Positions 17,655 to 28,500 are shown, counted from the stretch's first letter. The stretch is DNA of 64,000 bases from Patescibacteria group bacterium (GCA_028865035.1 JAGWLB010000004.1:1294-65293); one strand, 5' to 3'. Notes: generated by a model from the sequence alone, not told the origin. Translations and numbers: made by a program.

Positions 17655-18476
17655 CTATATGTTTCTTATTTTTCTGTAAATATATCGTAGAATAATAAAC
17701 AAAATGAATGCGCCTAAACCATAGAAGATTAATTTATTCCCAAAAATGAATTCTAAAACTGAAAGGAAGAAAAGTTTTACATAAGCAATGGGTTCTTGTG
17801 TTGCATCTAATGCTTTCGAATTATTTATGGTTTTTGATTTCTTTGGATCATTAAGTATCTTAATTTCATTTTGAGTAGCTGTACTGGCGTCTTTTATTTT
17901 AATATAGGTATCACTTCTTAATCCATCTATTGTATTAATTTTATCTGATACTTTTGAAGAAATATTTGTAGGAATAATATTATCTAATCCTGCAGTCGCA
18001 GCCTTAATCTGATTTTTAATAATTTCAGCACTAGAAATTGGTACGCCATCGACTTTTTCGATAGTCACAGGAATAAATTTATGATCTTGCATTGTCTGAC
18101 TAACGCTTACTGAAGTTGGTTCGTTCTTACCACTTATGCTGGTAGTAGATGACACTATTTGAGCAGATATAATATGATCTCCTGATGTTACTTGCCAAGA
18201 AATATAAACGTCTTTTAATTCTGATGGTAAGACTGTAACATCACGTGTACCTAAAATCGTACTTTTGTCATAAAATTCAACTTTTACAGAAAGACTTTCG
18301 CTACCGCCATTCCAAACTGCTGTATGTATTTTTACATTATCATTCTGATTAAGGGTTTCTTTTGAATACCAAATAGGTCCTGGTATAAATCCAGTAGTAG
18401 GCACAACACTAGCATAAGATACAGATGAGCAAAGAGTAAGAAAACAAACAAATGCTATGAATAAATATTTTTTCAT
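17655..18476 (-). CDS. secreted or membrane-anchored hypothetical protein (signal peptide plus C-terminal TM)
   Basis: MKKYLFIAFVCFLTLCSSVSYA signal peptide. C-terminal hydrophobic FYGLGAFILFIILRYIY. Confidence 0.5.
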   Translation of the reverse strand: MKKYLFIAFVCFLTLCSSVSYASVVPTTGFIPGPIWYSKETLNQNDNVKIHTAVWNGGSESLSVKVEFYDKSTILGTRDVTVLPSELKDVYISWQVTSGDHIISAQIVSSTTSISGKNEPTSVSVSQTMQDHKFIPVTIEKVDGVPISSAEIIKNQIKAATAGLDNIIPTNISSKVSDKINTIDGLRSDTYIKIKDASTATQNEIKILNDPKKSKTINNSKALDATQEPIAYVKLFFLSVLEFIFGNKLIFYGLGAFILFIILRYIYRKIRNI

Positions 18477-18524
18477 TTTATAAATGTATAAAAATTAATG
18501 ATAGTGTCATTTATTAAAAATAAA

Positions 18525-19847
18525 TTATTTATTTAATAAATTATCACCTATTTTAAATGCCTCACCTGCTCCCATAGTTATTATAACATCTTTATTATTC
18601 ATATTTGTAACCATAGACATTAAATACTCTTCGGCATTTTTAAAATTATCAAAAGATAGCACATTGGGATTATTAGCCATTATTTCTTTCGCTAAAATTG
18701 CAGGTGAAATCGTACCGTCGTCTTCTTCTCTAGCATAGTAAATAGGTAAAATAAGAACACTGTCACTTTGGTTGAAACTTTTTGCAAAATCTTTGAGTAA
18801 TAATTTGGTACGGCTGAATAAATGAGGTTGAAACACTGTAGTTATATGCCAACCTTCATTTTCGGGGTATAACTCTCGAAAACCTTCTAACGTTGCCACT
18901 ATTTCCACAGGATGGTGGGCATAATCGTCATAAACTAACACACCCGATGGTAAGGTTCCTTTAAATTCAAATCTTCTCCAAGTCCCTGGAAATGTACTTA
19001 GATCCTTGTCGCTATCCTCTTTTGAAATAGATAGCAAGCTTGCGACAGCCTTGGCGGCGGCGGCATTTTTCTTATTATGAATTCCTGGTATTTTTAAAAT
19101 TTGATTTTTATCAAAGAAATCTTGGTAGTCTACAATCTCAGCCGGAACATCTGCAATTACATCTTTTATATTTTTATCATTTGGATCACAAACAATAAAG
19201 CCATCTTTAGGGACTTTCATAGCAATCTCCCTAAAAGCATTTTTGATATCATTTATATCTTTATAGTAATCAAGGTGATCTTCGTCTATATTTGTAATTA
19301 CTAAAATCTTTGGATTAATATTTAAAAATGATCTTCTGTATTCACAGGCTTCAACGACAAAATACTTTGACTTCCCAGCTATAAAGTTACTCTTATCACC
19401 GATAAGTAGACTACCGACAATAACTGTCGGATCTATATTCTCATCACGTAGAATACTTGCAATCATTGCTGTTGTTGTAGTTTTACCGTGAGTACCAGAT
19501 ATGGCGATCGTGTATTTCCCTTCACTTACAATATGAAGCATTTGTGGGTATGAATATGCTGGTATATTTTTCTGTTCTTTTATTTTTTCAAAAAGATTTT
19601 TATCATGAACCTCAATAGCTATAGTATAAATTATTAAATCTGTATCCTTTGGAATAGCCTCATATGATTGACCTATAGAAATCTCTGCTCCAGCACTTCT
19701 AAGCGCAGAAATAACATCAGAATCTTGCATATCCTGGCCACTGACTTTTTTCCCTTCGTGGATCATCATCCTTGCAATCGCCGAAATCCCGATACCACCG
19801 ATACCAATAAAATGAACGTGTTTAATTTTTGATAGATTTAAGTTCAT
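18525..19847 (-). CDS. murC: UDP-N-acetylmuramate--L-alanine ligase MurC
   Basis: HFIGIGGIGISAIARMM and GTHGKTTTTAMIASIL. Confidence 0.9.
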   Translation of the reverse strand: MNLNLSKIKHVHFIGIGGIGISAIARMMIHEGKKVSGQDMQDSDVISALRSAGAEISIGQSYEAIPKDTDLIIYTIAIEVHDKNLFEKIKEQKNIPAYSYPQMLHIVSEGKYTIAISGTHGKTTTTAMIASILRDENIDPTVIVGSLLIGDKSNFIAGKSKYFVVEACEYRRSFLNINPKILVITNIDEDHLDYYKDINDIKNAFREIAMKVPKDGFIVCDPNDKNIKDVIADVPAEIVDYQDFFDKNQILKIPGIHNKKNAAAAKAVASLLSISKEDSDKDLSTFPGTWRRFEFKGTLPSGVLVYDDYAHHPVEIVATLEGFRELYPENEGWHITTVFQPHLFSRTKLLLKDFAKSFNQSDSVLILPIYYAREEDDGTISPAILAKEIMANNPNVLSFDNFKNAEEYLMSMVTNMNNKDVIITMGAGEAFKIGDNLLNK

Positions 19848-20464
19848 ATTTTCTTTGCATCTTCCTTAATCATTTTAACAATTTCAGGAAATGTAGATAT
19901 ATTAAAATGGCCATTTTTACTCTTATAAATTATAATTTTTGCATTTTTTAACTTAGCTCTATATTTTTCAGCATGAGAAACAGGAACACTATCATCATCT
20001 TTAGAGAATAATAATGTAAGATTTTTAGAATTTTTCTCAATTAAAGACAAATCAGACTTCAATTTAAATCCCCCCACCAAATCTTCTGTAAAACAAGTGT
20101 CATCAAAAGGCGGGCAAACTAGATAAGTTGCCAATATTTTTTTAGGAAATTTATTTTCAGATAAGTATTGAGCCAAGAATATACTACCTAGAGAATTCCC
20201 TATTAGTATTATATTATTCCTTAAATAAGGGAAATACCTTTCGAAATGAATTTTCCAATCTTCATATTTTGAATCTTGTTTCAAAGGCATTTCTGGTCTT
20301 ATAATTTCAAATTTACTCCCTAATTTTTCATCCATGTAATCAGTTGCCCATCTTTTCTTCATTTTGATTGATATATTTCTTGTTTTTAAATAATGTAAAT
20401 AATCCTTTCTATTTTTAAAAGTTTCTCCTCCATGAATCATTAATATTTGTGGTTTACTTTTCAT
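19844..20464 (-). CDS. alpha/beta-fold serine hydrolase (YdeN-like)
   Basis: GNSLG nucleophile elbow (GxSxG). About 200 aa, with a His near the C-terminus (KNGHF). Confidence 0.55.
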   Translation of the reverse strand: MKSKPQILMIHGGETFKNRKDYLHYLKTRNISIKMKKRWATDYMDEKLGSKFEIIRPEMPLKQDSKYEDWKIHFERYFPYLRNNIILIGNSLGSIFLAQYLSENKFPKKILATYLVCPPFDDTCFTEDLVGGFKLKSDLSLIEKNSKNLTLLFSKDDDSVPVSHAEKYRAKLKNAKIIIYKSKNGHFNISTFPEIVKMIKEDAKKI

Positions 20465-20465
20465 A

Positions 20466-21794
20466 CTATTTTAATTTTTCAATAATTTTCATAAACTGGT
20501 CATTTCGATCGTATTCATTGGTAAACATTCCAAAGGATGCAAAAGCTGGAGATAGTAGTATTATATCCCCTTTTCGTGAGGTATTGATAGCTTCTTTGAC
20601 AGCATCTTTTAGATTATGAACTATTGTTTTATTTATCTTGATTTTATTTTTCAAAAAAGAATCGGTACCAGTACCAGAAAGCAAAACTAAAGCTTTGCAA
20701 TATTTATCTATAGTTTTGGATAAATTTTTAGTATCAAGCTTTTTATCTGCTCCACCTGCTATTAGGATTATGTTTTTATTTTTTGAGCCCAGAGCTTCCA
20801 AGCCTGCTATTGTCGCCTCTGGAGTCGTAGCGTTGTTATCATTATAAATTTTTATACCTTTATAAGTCCCGAGTAATTGCATTCTTCCTTCTAGGTCTTT
20901 GAAGCTTTCCACTGATTTCTGAATTTTTGTAATCGGTATCTTTAATTCTTTTGCAACTTCCACTGCGCATGACATATTCTCTATATGATGTCTACCGGGA
21001 ACATTAAATTTCCAATTCATAAAATTCTTTGGGTTTACAACGATCAGCCTACCCTTTGTATCAGATTTATTTATGAATTTTTTCATTTCTGGTCGGATTA
21101 TTAGGAGATCTTCTTTATTTTGATATTTAAAAATATTTGCTTTATCAGAAAAATATTTTTTCATCGAACCCTTATAATAATTCATATGGTCTGGCATAAA
21201 AGTCGTAAAGACTGAAATATGTGGAGAAATTTTACTATCCCCAAATCCTTGTAGTTGCCATGAGTCGAGCTCGCAGACTAATATATCTTTATCTTTTACT
21301 TTTTTAAGAAGAGGTAGGGTTGCGACTCCTCGTACATTCCCACCTATATAGACATTTCTATCTTTTATATTATCTTTCAATATTTTAAAGATAACGGCTG
21401 TGGTCATACTCTTTCCACGTGTTCCGGTCACTCCGACTATCATTACCTTATCTGCAATTTTCACAAATAAAGAGACATCCATCTCAACTGGGATTTTATT
21501 TTTCTTGGCTTCTTTTATATAAATAGAATCAAGTGGAACCCCGGCAGCTTTTATAACCATATCTCTATTTTTAAAATCTTCTAGTCTATGCTCACCTAAA
21601 ACAAACTTAATATTTTTATACTTTGATAATTCTTTTGCAGAAGTTTTAAGCTGGTCTTTAGTCTTCAGATCAGTCACGATCAAGTCAGCGCCACACTCGG
21701 CTAAGAATTTTGTATAACCAATCCCTCGCCCCAAAAGACCCAAACCCATAACGGTAATCTTTTTATCTTTAAAATATTTATTGTAGTTTATCAT
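20466..21794 (-). CDS. murD: UDP-N-acetylmuramoylalanine--D-glutamate ligase MurD
   Basis: N-terminal Rossmann VMGLGLLGRGIGYTKFL and P-loop GVTGTRGKSMTT. Confidence 0.85.
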   Translation of the reverse strand: MINYNKYFKDKKITVMGLGLLGRGIGYTKFLAECGADLIVTDLKTKDQLKTSAKELSKYKNIKFVLGEHRLEDFKNRDMVIKAAGVPLDSIYIKEAKKNKIPVEMDVSLFVKIADKVMIVGVTGTRGKSMTTAVIFKILKDNIKDRNVYIGGNVRGVATLPLLKKVKDKDILVCELDSWQLQGFGDSKISPHISVFTTFMPDHMNYYKGSMKKYFSDKANIFKYQNKEDLLIIRPEMKKFINKSDTKGRLIVVNPKNFMNWKFNVPGRHHIENMSCAVEVAKELKIPITKIQKSVESFKDLEGRMQLLGTYKGIKIYNDNNATTPEATIAGLEALGSKNKNIILIAGGADKKLDTKNLSKTIDKYCKALVLLSGTGTDSFLKNKIKINKTIVHNLKDAVKEAINTSRKGDIILLSPAFASFGMFTNEYDRNDQFMKIIEKLK

Positions 21795-21803
21795 TTAGAT
21801 ATT

Positions 21804-23222
21804 TTAATATTCAAAACAATTTGTTAACTCTTCCATATCATCAAAATGTATTTTCTTACCATTTATTTCTTGGTAATTCTCGTGACCTTTTCCTGCCACT
21901 AATATATAATCACCGCTATTTGAAAGCGAGCAAGCTTTTCGTATAGCTTCTCTACGATCTGGAATGATATAAACTTTGTTTTGGTTAAGTGACTCTATGC
22001 CTTTTTTCATATCATCTAAAATACTTTCTGGATCTTCAGTTCGAGGATTATCAGATGTAAGAACAAGGATATCACTCATAACATAACCAATTTTTGCCAT
22101 TATTGGTCTTTTTGTTTTATCTCGATCTCCACCACAGCCAACCACAGTTATAACTTTATTTTTATTTTTCATTCCAGTAATTGTCTTTAAAACATTCTCT
22201 AATGCATCGGGTGTATGAGCATAATCTACTATACCAATTATTCCATTCTTACTTTTTATATATTGGAATCTGCCAGCTACCGGTTCGAGACTTTTTATTT
22301 CTTCTTTAACTTCTTGTGGGTTCAACCCAAGAACTATAGCAGTTCCGTATATGGCAAGTACATTGTATGCATTAAACTCACCAATTAACTTTGTCTCTAA
22401 GTGACCAGTGAAACTTGCCTGCGCAGGCAGGTCTGTATTATTTTTGAGTGAGTAAAAATACTTTTTTGCTTTTGTGTCTTTGAGCATATATTCACCATTA
22501 GGATCGTCAAGATTTGAAATAGCAAATGCATTTTCGTGTAAATTATCAAAGAATAACTTTTTAGCGTCTCGATAATTTTCGAATGTCTTATGGTAATCTA
22601 GATGGTCAAGAGTTAGGTTAGTAAAAACTCCACCTGAGAAAATTATCCCTTCTATTCTGCTTTCGCTGACAGCGTGTGAGCTAACTTCCATAAAACAGTA
22701 TTCACACTCCGCTTCTACCATCTTATCAAGTAATAAATTTAAAGTTATTGGGTCCGGTGTAGTACGTACTGATTCATATGATTCATCGTTTATCTTATTA
22801 ACAACTGTACCAATCATTCCTACCTTGTAACCAAGATTCTTAAAAAGTTGATATAGAAGTGTCGTAGTAGTTGTTTTACCGTTTGTACCTGTCACTCCAA
22901 TTAATTTTAATTTATGAGACGGATTATCGTAGAAATTATTTGCTATATACCCAAGGGCCTTATGGCTATCAGAAACTTTTATGTAAGTTACATTTTCTTT
23001 AAATATTTTTGGTTCATTTTCATACACGATAGCTATTGCACCATTTTCTAAAGCTTGATCAATATATAGATGACCATCAGTGCTATTCCCTACTTGTGCT
23101 ACAAAAAGTGAGTTTGGTTTAGTTTCTTTTGAATTTATAGAAATCGAAGAAACTGCAACGTCCACATTCCCATGTGAACTTAAAATAGAGACTCCTTCTA
23201 GTAGATTGCTTAGGATTTTCAT
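21804..23222 (-). CDS. murE: UDP-N-acetylmuramoyl-L-alanyl-D-glutamate--2,6-diaminopimelate ligase MurE
   Basis: GVTGTNGKTTTTTLL P-loop and the DNPR motif (DNPRTEDP) typical of meso-DAP-adding MurE. Confidence 0.85.
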   Translation of the reverse strand: MKILSNLLEGVSILSSHGNVDVAVSSISINSKETKPNSLFVAQVGNSTDGHLYIDQALENGAIAIVYENEPKIFKENVTYIKVSDSHKALGYIANNFYDNPSHKLKLIGVTGTNGKTTTTTLLYQLFKNLGYKVGMIGTVVNKINDESYESVRTTPDPITLNLLLDKMVEAECEYCFMEVSSHAVSESRIEGIIFSGGVFTNLTLDHLDYHKTFENYRDAKKLFFDNLHENAFAISNLDDPNGEYMLKDTKAKKYFYSLKNNTDLPAQASFTGHLETKLIGEFNAYNVLAIYGTAIVLGLNPQEVKEEIKSLEPVAGRFQYIKSKNGIIGIVDYAHTPDALENVLKTITGMKNKNKVITVVGCGGDRDKTKRPIMAKIGYVMSDILVLTSDNPRTEDPESILDDMKKGIESLNQNKVYIIPDRREAIRKACSLSNSGDYILVAGKGHENYQEINGKKIHFDDMEELTNCFEY

Positions 23223-23225
23223 ATA

Positions 23226-23834
23226 TTAATTTATCAACCATTTTTTATAAGCTTCCATAATTGTATTAACAACTTTATCTAATGGAATTTTTTCTGTATT
23301 TATTACTAAATCAAAATTATTATAAGAAGTATGATCTTCGATGTTGTATAATTCCTTATACCTTTTTCTTTCACTTAGAAGTCTATTATTAATTTTTTCA
23401 GTTATGGATTCTTTTGTATCAAAACTTCCAGTAGCTTCAGTTTGTCTATTTGAATTAACCTTTTTATCTTCTAGAATTCTTTCTGATGCGATCGTAGGGT
23501 CCAAGTCAAGAAAAACTTTGAATGACTCAGGTATGAAATGAAAACCGAGACGTGAATCTAAAACTATATTTTCTTGCTTACCAATTTCAATATTATTTTT
23601 ATCTAATATTTCATCTATGGATGTATCAGTTTCAGCAAGTAAACTTAAATCGTTAAGAGAGATACCTCTCTTATTGGCAATATCTCTCATAAAATCACCT
23701 GTCGAATAGTGCTTATAATTAAGAAGCTCAGACAAGCTTTTTGCAGTGGAAGATTTACCGCTTCCTAATTTACCTGCGATTGTAATAATATGCTTCTTTT
23801 TCATTATTTTATATTTTATCATAATAATAGCCAA
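23226..23834 (-). CDS. cmk: cytidylate kinase, archaeal-type (Cytidylate_kin2)
   Basis: IITIAGKLGSGKSS P-loop, VLDSRLGFHF, SERKRYKELYNIED, FDLVINTEKIP. The true start may be MKKKHIIT at 23804. Confidence 0.7.
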   Translation of the reverse strand: MAIIMIKYKIMKKKHIITIAGKLGSGKSSTAKSLSELLNYKHYSTGDFMRDIANKRGISLNDLSLLAETDTSIDEILDKNNIEIGKQENIVLDSRLGFHFIPESFKVFLDLDPTIASERILEDKKVNSNRQTEATGSFDTKESITEKINNRLLSERKRYKELYNIEDHTSYNNFDLVINTEKIPLDKVVNTIMEAYKKWLIN

Positions 23835-23862
23835 ATAAAAACCCTTATGGTATCATACTTTT

Positions 23863-25044
23863 ATGAAAATACTCGCTATCGAAACCTCTTGTGATGAGAC
23901 TGCAATTGCAATTGTAGATGTTAAAAAAAATGGAACTAAAACTAATTTTAAAATCCTAGGCAACGATTTGGCTTCACAAGTAGCAATACACACACAGTAC
24001 GGTGGTGTATTCCCTATGATGGCTAAACGTGAACACTCTAAAAATATAATTCCTATTTTTGTTAGCGCTCTAAAGAAAGCCAAAATTTATAAAAAAGTAA
24101 ATAAAATTAAATACAGCATAGAACTTAATAATAAAATAATAGATACACTAGTACGTGAACAAGAGCTAATAAAAAAATGGCATAAAACTATGCCTTATAT
24201 AGCAAAACCTAAAATTGATGCCATTGCGGTTACAGTAGGACCTGGACTTGAACCAGCACTTTGGGTAGGTATTAATTTTGCCCAAGCCTTAAGCTTGCTC
24301 TGGGATATACCTATAATACCAGTGAATCATATGGAGGGTCATATTTTTTCAATATTCCCAAACAAAACAAAAACATTTACCGTAGATATGAATAAAAAAA
24401 TGTTTCCTGTTATTTCACTTCTTGTTTCTGGTGGCCATACAGAAATAGTAGTTATGAAGGATTTTATGAAATATAAAATAATCGGATCAACTCGTGACGA
24501 TGCTGTAGGTGAGGCTTTCGATAAAGTTGCCCGTATGCTTGGACTTCCTTATCCAGGAGGGCCAGAGATTTCCAAACTAGCAAGAATAGAAAGAGAGAAC
24601 GATTTACCATCCACAATAACGCTACCTCGTCCGATGTTACATTCCAAAGATTATGATTTTTCTTTTTCTGGTTTAAAAACATCAGTATTGTATTTTATTC
24701 GTGATTTGCCAAAAGGTAAATTTGACGACAATATGAAACAAAAAATTGCTAGAGAATTTGAAGATGCTGCTGTGGATGTATTAACAGCAAAAACGCTTCG
24801 CGCTGTGAAATTTTATAAAGCAAAAAACCTGATAGTAGGTGGTGGAGTATCAGCAAATACACATTTACAAAAAAATCTTACAAAAGCATTACAAGAAACA
24901 GATTCAAAAATAAACTTCCCGACTAAAGATTTATGCACAGATAATGCATTAATGATAGCCATAGCTGGATATTTTCAGTCAAAAAGTAAAAAAATTAAAA
25001 ATATGAATTCTAAAATAATAGCAAACGGAAATCTAGCCTTGTAA
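23863..25044 (+). CDS. tsaD: tRNA N6-adenosine threonylcarbamoyltransferase TsaD (Kae1/YgjD)
   Basis: MKILAIETSCDETAIAIVD and HMEGH signatures. Confidence 0.9.
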   Translation: MKILAIETSCDETAIAIVDVKKNGTKTNFKILGNDLASQVAIHTQYGGVFPMMAKREHSKNIIPIFVSALKKAKIYKKVNKIKYSIELNNKIIDTLVREQELIKKWHKTMPYIAKPKIDAIAVTVGPGLEPALWVGINFAQALSLLWDIPIIPVNHMEGHIFSIFPNKTKTFTVDMNKKMFPVISLLVSGGHTEIVVMKDFMKYKIIGSTRDDAVGEAFDKVARMLGLPYPGGPEISKLARIERENDLPSTITLPRPMLHSKDYDFSFSGLKTSVLYFIRDLPKGKFDDNMKQKIAREFEDAAVDVLTAKTLRAVKFYKAKNLIVGGGVSANTHLQKNLTKALQETDSKINFPTKDLCTDNALMIAIAGYFQSKSKKIKNMNSKIIANGNLAL

Positions 25045-25081
25045 TATTGGAAAAATAACCTTAAAATGCTATATTTTACAT

Positions 25082-27283
25082 ATGAATAATGGACAACCGG
25101 ACATAAACCCTAAATTACTTTCACCATATAACCCAGAAGAAACAGAAGGTCGCATTTATAAACTTTGGGAAGAGAGTGGCTTTTTTAACCCTGATATTTG
25201 TATTGAAAAGAATGTGACAGATAAAGATGCTGAACCTTTTTCAATAGTCTTACCTCCTCCAAACGTCACGGGTACGCTTCATATAGGCCACGCCTCAATG
25301 CTCGCTATTGAAGATATTATGGTTCGTTTTGCACGTATGCAAGGTAAACGTACTTTATGGCTACCTGGTACAGATCATGCTGCGATTGCCACACAATCAA
25401 AAGTAGAAAAAATTATTGAGAAAGAGGAAGGTAAAAGGAAAAATGATTTGGGTCGCGAAGAATTCTTAAAACGTGTTAATACTTTTGCTCAGGACAGTCA
25501 CGACACTATCATTGACCAGGCAAAAAAAATGGGAGCCTCCCTGGATTGGTCGCGTGAAGCTTTTACTCTTGATGATAAACGTAGCCTAGCTGTCAGAACT
25601 GCTTTCAAAAAAATGTATGACGATGGTTTGATTTATAGAGGTAACCGTATCGTAAACTGGGACCCTAAAGGCCAGACGGTTATTTCAGATGATGAGATAG
25701 TATATGAGGAACGTAAGGCAAAGCTTTATACATTTAAATACTCAAAAGACTTCCCTATTTCTATATCAACTACTCGTCCAGAAACAAAAGTTGGTGATGT
25801 GGCTGTCGCAGTCCATCCAGAAGATGCTAGGTATAAAGAATATGTAGGAAAAGAATATGATGAAATATTTTGTGGTGTACCAATACACATTAAAATAATT
25901 GCTGATGCTGCTGTCGAAAAAGATTTCGGGACTGGCGCGCTTGGTGTCACTCCAGCGCATAGCCAAATAGATGCTGATATTGCATATAAACATAACTTAC
26001 CAACTGTCCAAGTTATAAATGAATACGCCAAAATGATAGTGGGTGGTGAAAACTTGCTTGGTAAAAAAACAACTGAAGCAAGAGATATTATCGTCGAATG
26101 GCTTCGCACTGAAGGTTTACTTGAAAAAGAAGAAGAGATAACTCAGAATGTCTCAACAGCAGAGAGAACTGGTGGAATTATAGAACCATTACCAAAACTT
26201 CAGTGGTTTATAAATGTAAACAAACCAATTAAAGACCGTGATAATAAGACCCTAAAAGATCTTATGCTTGAACCAATACGTGGTAAGAACATAAATATAC
26301 TTCCAGATAGATTTGAGAAGGTTTACTATAATTGGGTAGAAAACCTACGAGATTGGTGTATTTCAAGACAAATATGGTATGGGCATAGAATACCCGTTTG
26401 GTACAAAGGAAATGAAATATATTGTGACGTAGAAGAACCGAAAGAAGCTGACTGGGAACAAGACCCAGATACTCTTGATACATGGTTCTCTTCTGGACTT
26501 TGGACATTCTCAACTTTAGGTTGGCCAGATTTAGAATCTAAAGATTTACAAATATATCATCCTACAACCGTACTAGAAACAGGTTACGATATAATATTCT
26601 TTTGGGTCGCCCGAATGATACTTATGTCCCAGTATCTTCTAGATGAAATACCATTTAAAACTGTATATCTTCACGGTCTTGTTCGCGATGCGCAAGGGAG
26701 GAAAATGAGTAAATCTCTTGGAAATATTATTGATCCATTAGATGTAGCCAAGAAATATGGAGCGGATGCTGTTCGTATGTCTTTAGTCATGGGAACCGGA
26801 CCAGGAAATGACAGCAAGATGAGTGAGGATAAAATTAAGTCATATAAAAATTACGCAAATAAACTTTGGAATATTACACGCTTTGTACTTTCAAATACGA
26901 ATGAAATTAAATACAATGATAACTTCCAAGAATATACAAAAAAAGATAAAGAGCTGCTAACTGAGAGAGATGAGATATTTAAAACAATTACAAAAGAAAT
27001 GGAAGAATATAAATTTTATTTAGCTGGTGATAAAATATACCAATACACTTGGGCTCGCTTTGCCGATATAATAATAGAAGAAAGTAAACCAATTTTGAAT
27101 GGAGAGAATGATGAAGATAAAAGTTCTAGAGCTCAATTTTTGCTTGATACACTCATAAAAATAAATATTATCCTTCACCCATTTATGCCATTCGTTACCG
27201 AAGAGATATGGTCATTACTACCAGTCGAAAATAAAAACCTACTCATGGTAACACCATGGCCAATAAATGATACAACTAATTAA
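25082..27283 (+). CDS. valS: valyl-tRNA synthetase (reduced, 733 aa, without the long C-terminal coiled coil)
   Basis: PPPNVTGTLHIGHA (HIGH) and KMSKSLGN (KMSKS). N-terminal YNPEETEGRIYKLWEESGFF. Confidence 0.85.
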   Translation: MNNGQPDINPKLLSPYNPEETEGRIYKLWEESGFFNPDICIEKNVTDKDAEPFSIVLPPPNVTGTLHIGHASMLAIEDIMVRFARMQGKRTLWLPGTDHAAIATQSKVEKIIEKEEGKRKNDLGREEFLKRVNTFAQDSHDTIIDQAKKMGASLDWSREAFTLDDKRSLAVRTAFKKMYDDGLIYRGNRIVNWDPKGQTVISDDEIVYEERKAKLYTFKYSKDFPISISTTRPETKVGDVAVAVHPEDARYKEYVGKEYDEIFCGVPIHIKIIADAAVEKDFGTGALGVTPAHSQIDADIAYKHNLPTVQVINEYAKMIVGGENLLGKKTTEARDIIVEWLRTEGLLEKEEEITQNVSTAERTGGIIEPLPKLQWFINVNKPIKDRDNKTLKDLMLEPIRGKNINILPDRFEKVYYNWVENLRDWCISRQIWYGHRIPVWYKGNEIYCDVEEPKEADWEQDPDTLDTWFSSGLWTFSTLGWPDLESKDLQIYHPTTVLETGYDIIFFWVARMILMSQYLLDEIPFKTVYLHGLVRDAQGRKMSKSLGNIIDPLDVAKKYGADAVRMSLVMGTGPGNDSKMSEDKIKSYKNYANKLWNITRFVLSNTNEIKYNDNFQEYTKKDKELLTERDEIFKTITKEMEEYKFYLAGDKIYQYTWARFADIIIEESKPILNGENDEDKSSRAQFLLDTLIKINIILHPFMPFVTEEIWSLLPVENKNLLMVTPWPINDTTN

Positions 27284-27974
27284 AGAGCCAAAAATACTCA
27301 TCTATGCAATATTAGGCGGATTAATACCTGCAATATTTTGGCTTTGGTTTTGGCTAAAAGAGGAGGATAGTGAACAAACTGAACCTAGGATACTTATTGC
27401 CTCTGCTTTTATAATTGGTGGAGCTATGGTTATGATTGCTATACTTTTAGAAAAATACTCCTTAGTATATCTTAGTAATCACACAACGCAGATAATTGTT
27501 TGGGCAGCTATTGAAGAAATATTAAAGTTGCTAGGGGTATTTATTATAATATTAGGGACAAATATCATTCGTAAACCTATAGATTACCCAATGTATTTTA
27601 TAGCGACAGCTCTAGGTTTTGCAGCACTTGAAAACATCCTTTATCTTATACACCCACTTGATACGAATGGAACTGTTGTCGGTCTTCTTACGGGCAACTT
27701 ACGCTTTCTAGGGTCTACCCTATTGCACGCTATCGCCAGTAGTATGGTTGGTAGTGCACTTGGTTTGTCTTTCTACATAAAACAATATAGAACAATATAC
27801 CTCATAGGCGGTCTATTCTGTGCTATACTATTGCATAGTATTTTCAATTTTTTTATAATGAAAGGCAGTGGTGAAAATTTCTTGAGTGTTTTTGGTTTTC
27901 TATGGGTCGTCACAATTATTAATATACTTATTTTTGAAAAATTAAGACGTATGGGAAAATATCTTCCTGTATAA
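27267..27974 (+). CDS. PrsW-family intramembrane protease-like membrane protein
   Basis: Multi-TM protein with EExxK (AIEEILK), FAALENILY and HSIFNF motifs. Confidence 0.55.
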   Translation: MIQLIKEPKILIYAILGGLIPAIFWLWFWLKEEDSEQTEPRILIASAFIIGGAMVMIAILLEKYSLVYLSNHTTQIIVWAAIEEILKLLGVFIIILGTNIIRKPIDYPMYFIATALGFAALENILYLIHPLDTNGTVVGLLTGNLRFLGSTLLHAIASSMVGSALGLSFYIKQYRTIYLIGGLFCAILLHSIFNFFIMKGSGENFLSVFGFLWVVTIINILIFEKLRRMGKYLPV

Positions 27975-27992
27975 TAATGTTATAAATTATAT

Positions 27993-28499
27993 ATGCTAAA
28001 AAAGAAATCATTTTTACAACGTATAACTGGTGGTATAAGATTTGATGATGATGAAAAGGATGAAGAATCATTCAGTCTGCCCGATATCAAAAAAGATGGA
28101 TTAAGTTCATTAAACAAAGAAATGCTTGATGAAGATGAAAAAAAGGATTCAAAATTTGAAGAGGAAGAAGATGCGCAATTAACTATTGATCTTTACCAGA
28201 CTCCTACCGATATCATAATCCAAACAATGATTGCAGGTGTCGTTCCAGATAATCTATCTATTACTATAACTCGCGATATGATTACGATTCGTGGCAAACG
28301 TGAAGAAAATCGTTCTATAAACACTGAAAATTATTTCGTACAAGAGTTATATTGGGGATCATTCTCAAGAGTCGTTTCTTTACCTGAAGAAGTAGATCCT
28401 GAAGAAGCAGAAGCAGTAGAAAAGCACGGATTACTTATTATAAAACTTCCAAAAATAAATAAAGATAAGAAAACTGTTCTTAAAATTAAATCAATATAG
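27993..28499 (+). CDS. Hsp20/alpha-crystallin family small heat-shock protein
   Basis: Alpha-crystallin domain (LTIDLYQT...ITIRGKRE...GSFSRVVSLPEEVD...). Confidence 0.7.
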   Translation: MLKKKSFLQRITGGIRFDDDEKDEESFSLPDIKKDGLSSLNKEMLDEDEKKDSKFEEEEDAQLTIDLYQTPTDIIIQTMIAGVVPDNLSITITRDMITIRGKREENRSINTENYFVQELYWGSFSRVVSLPEEVDPEEAEAVEKHGLLIIKLPKINKDKKTVLKIKSI

Positions 28500-28500
28500 G

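Noticed and set aside
23853-24083. 76-aa minus-strand ORF overlapping the tsaD start
   Set aside because: Antisense to the highly conserved TsaD N-terminus (ETSCDETA).
25726-26513. Minus-strand ORFs antisense to valS (25726..26109, 25766..25993, 26262..26513)
   Set aside because: Embedded in a conserved aaRS gene. Spurious.
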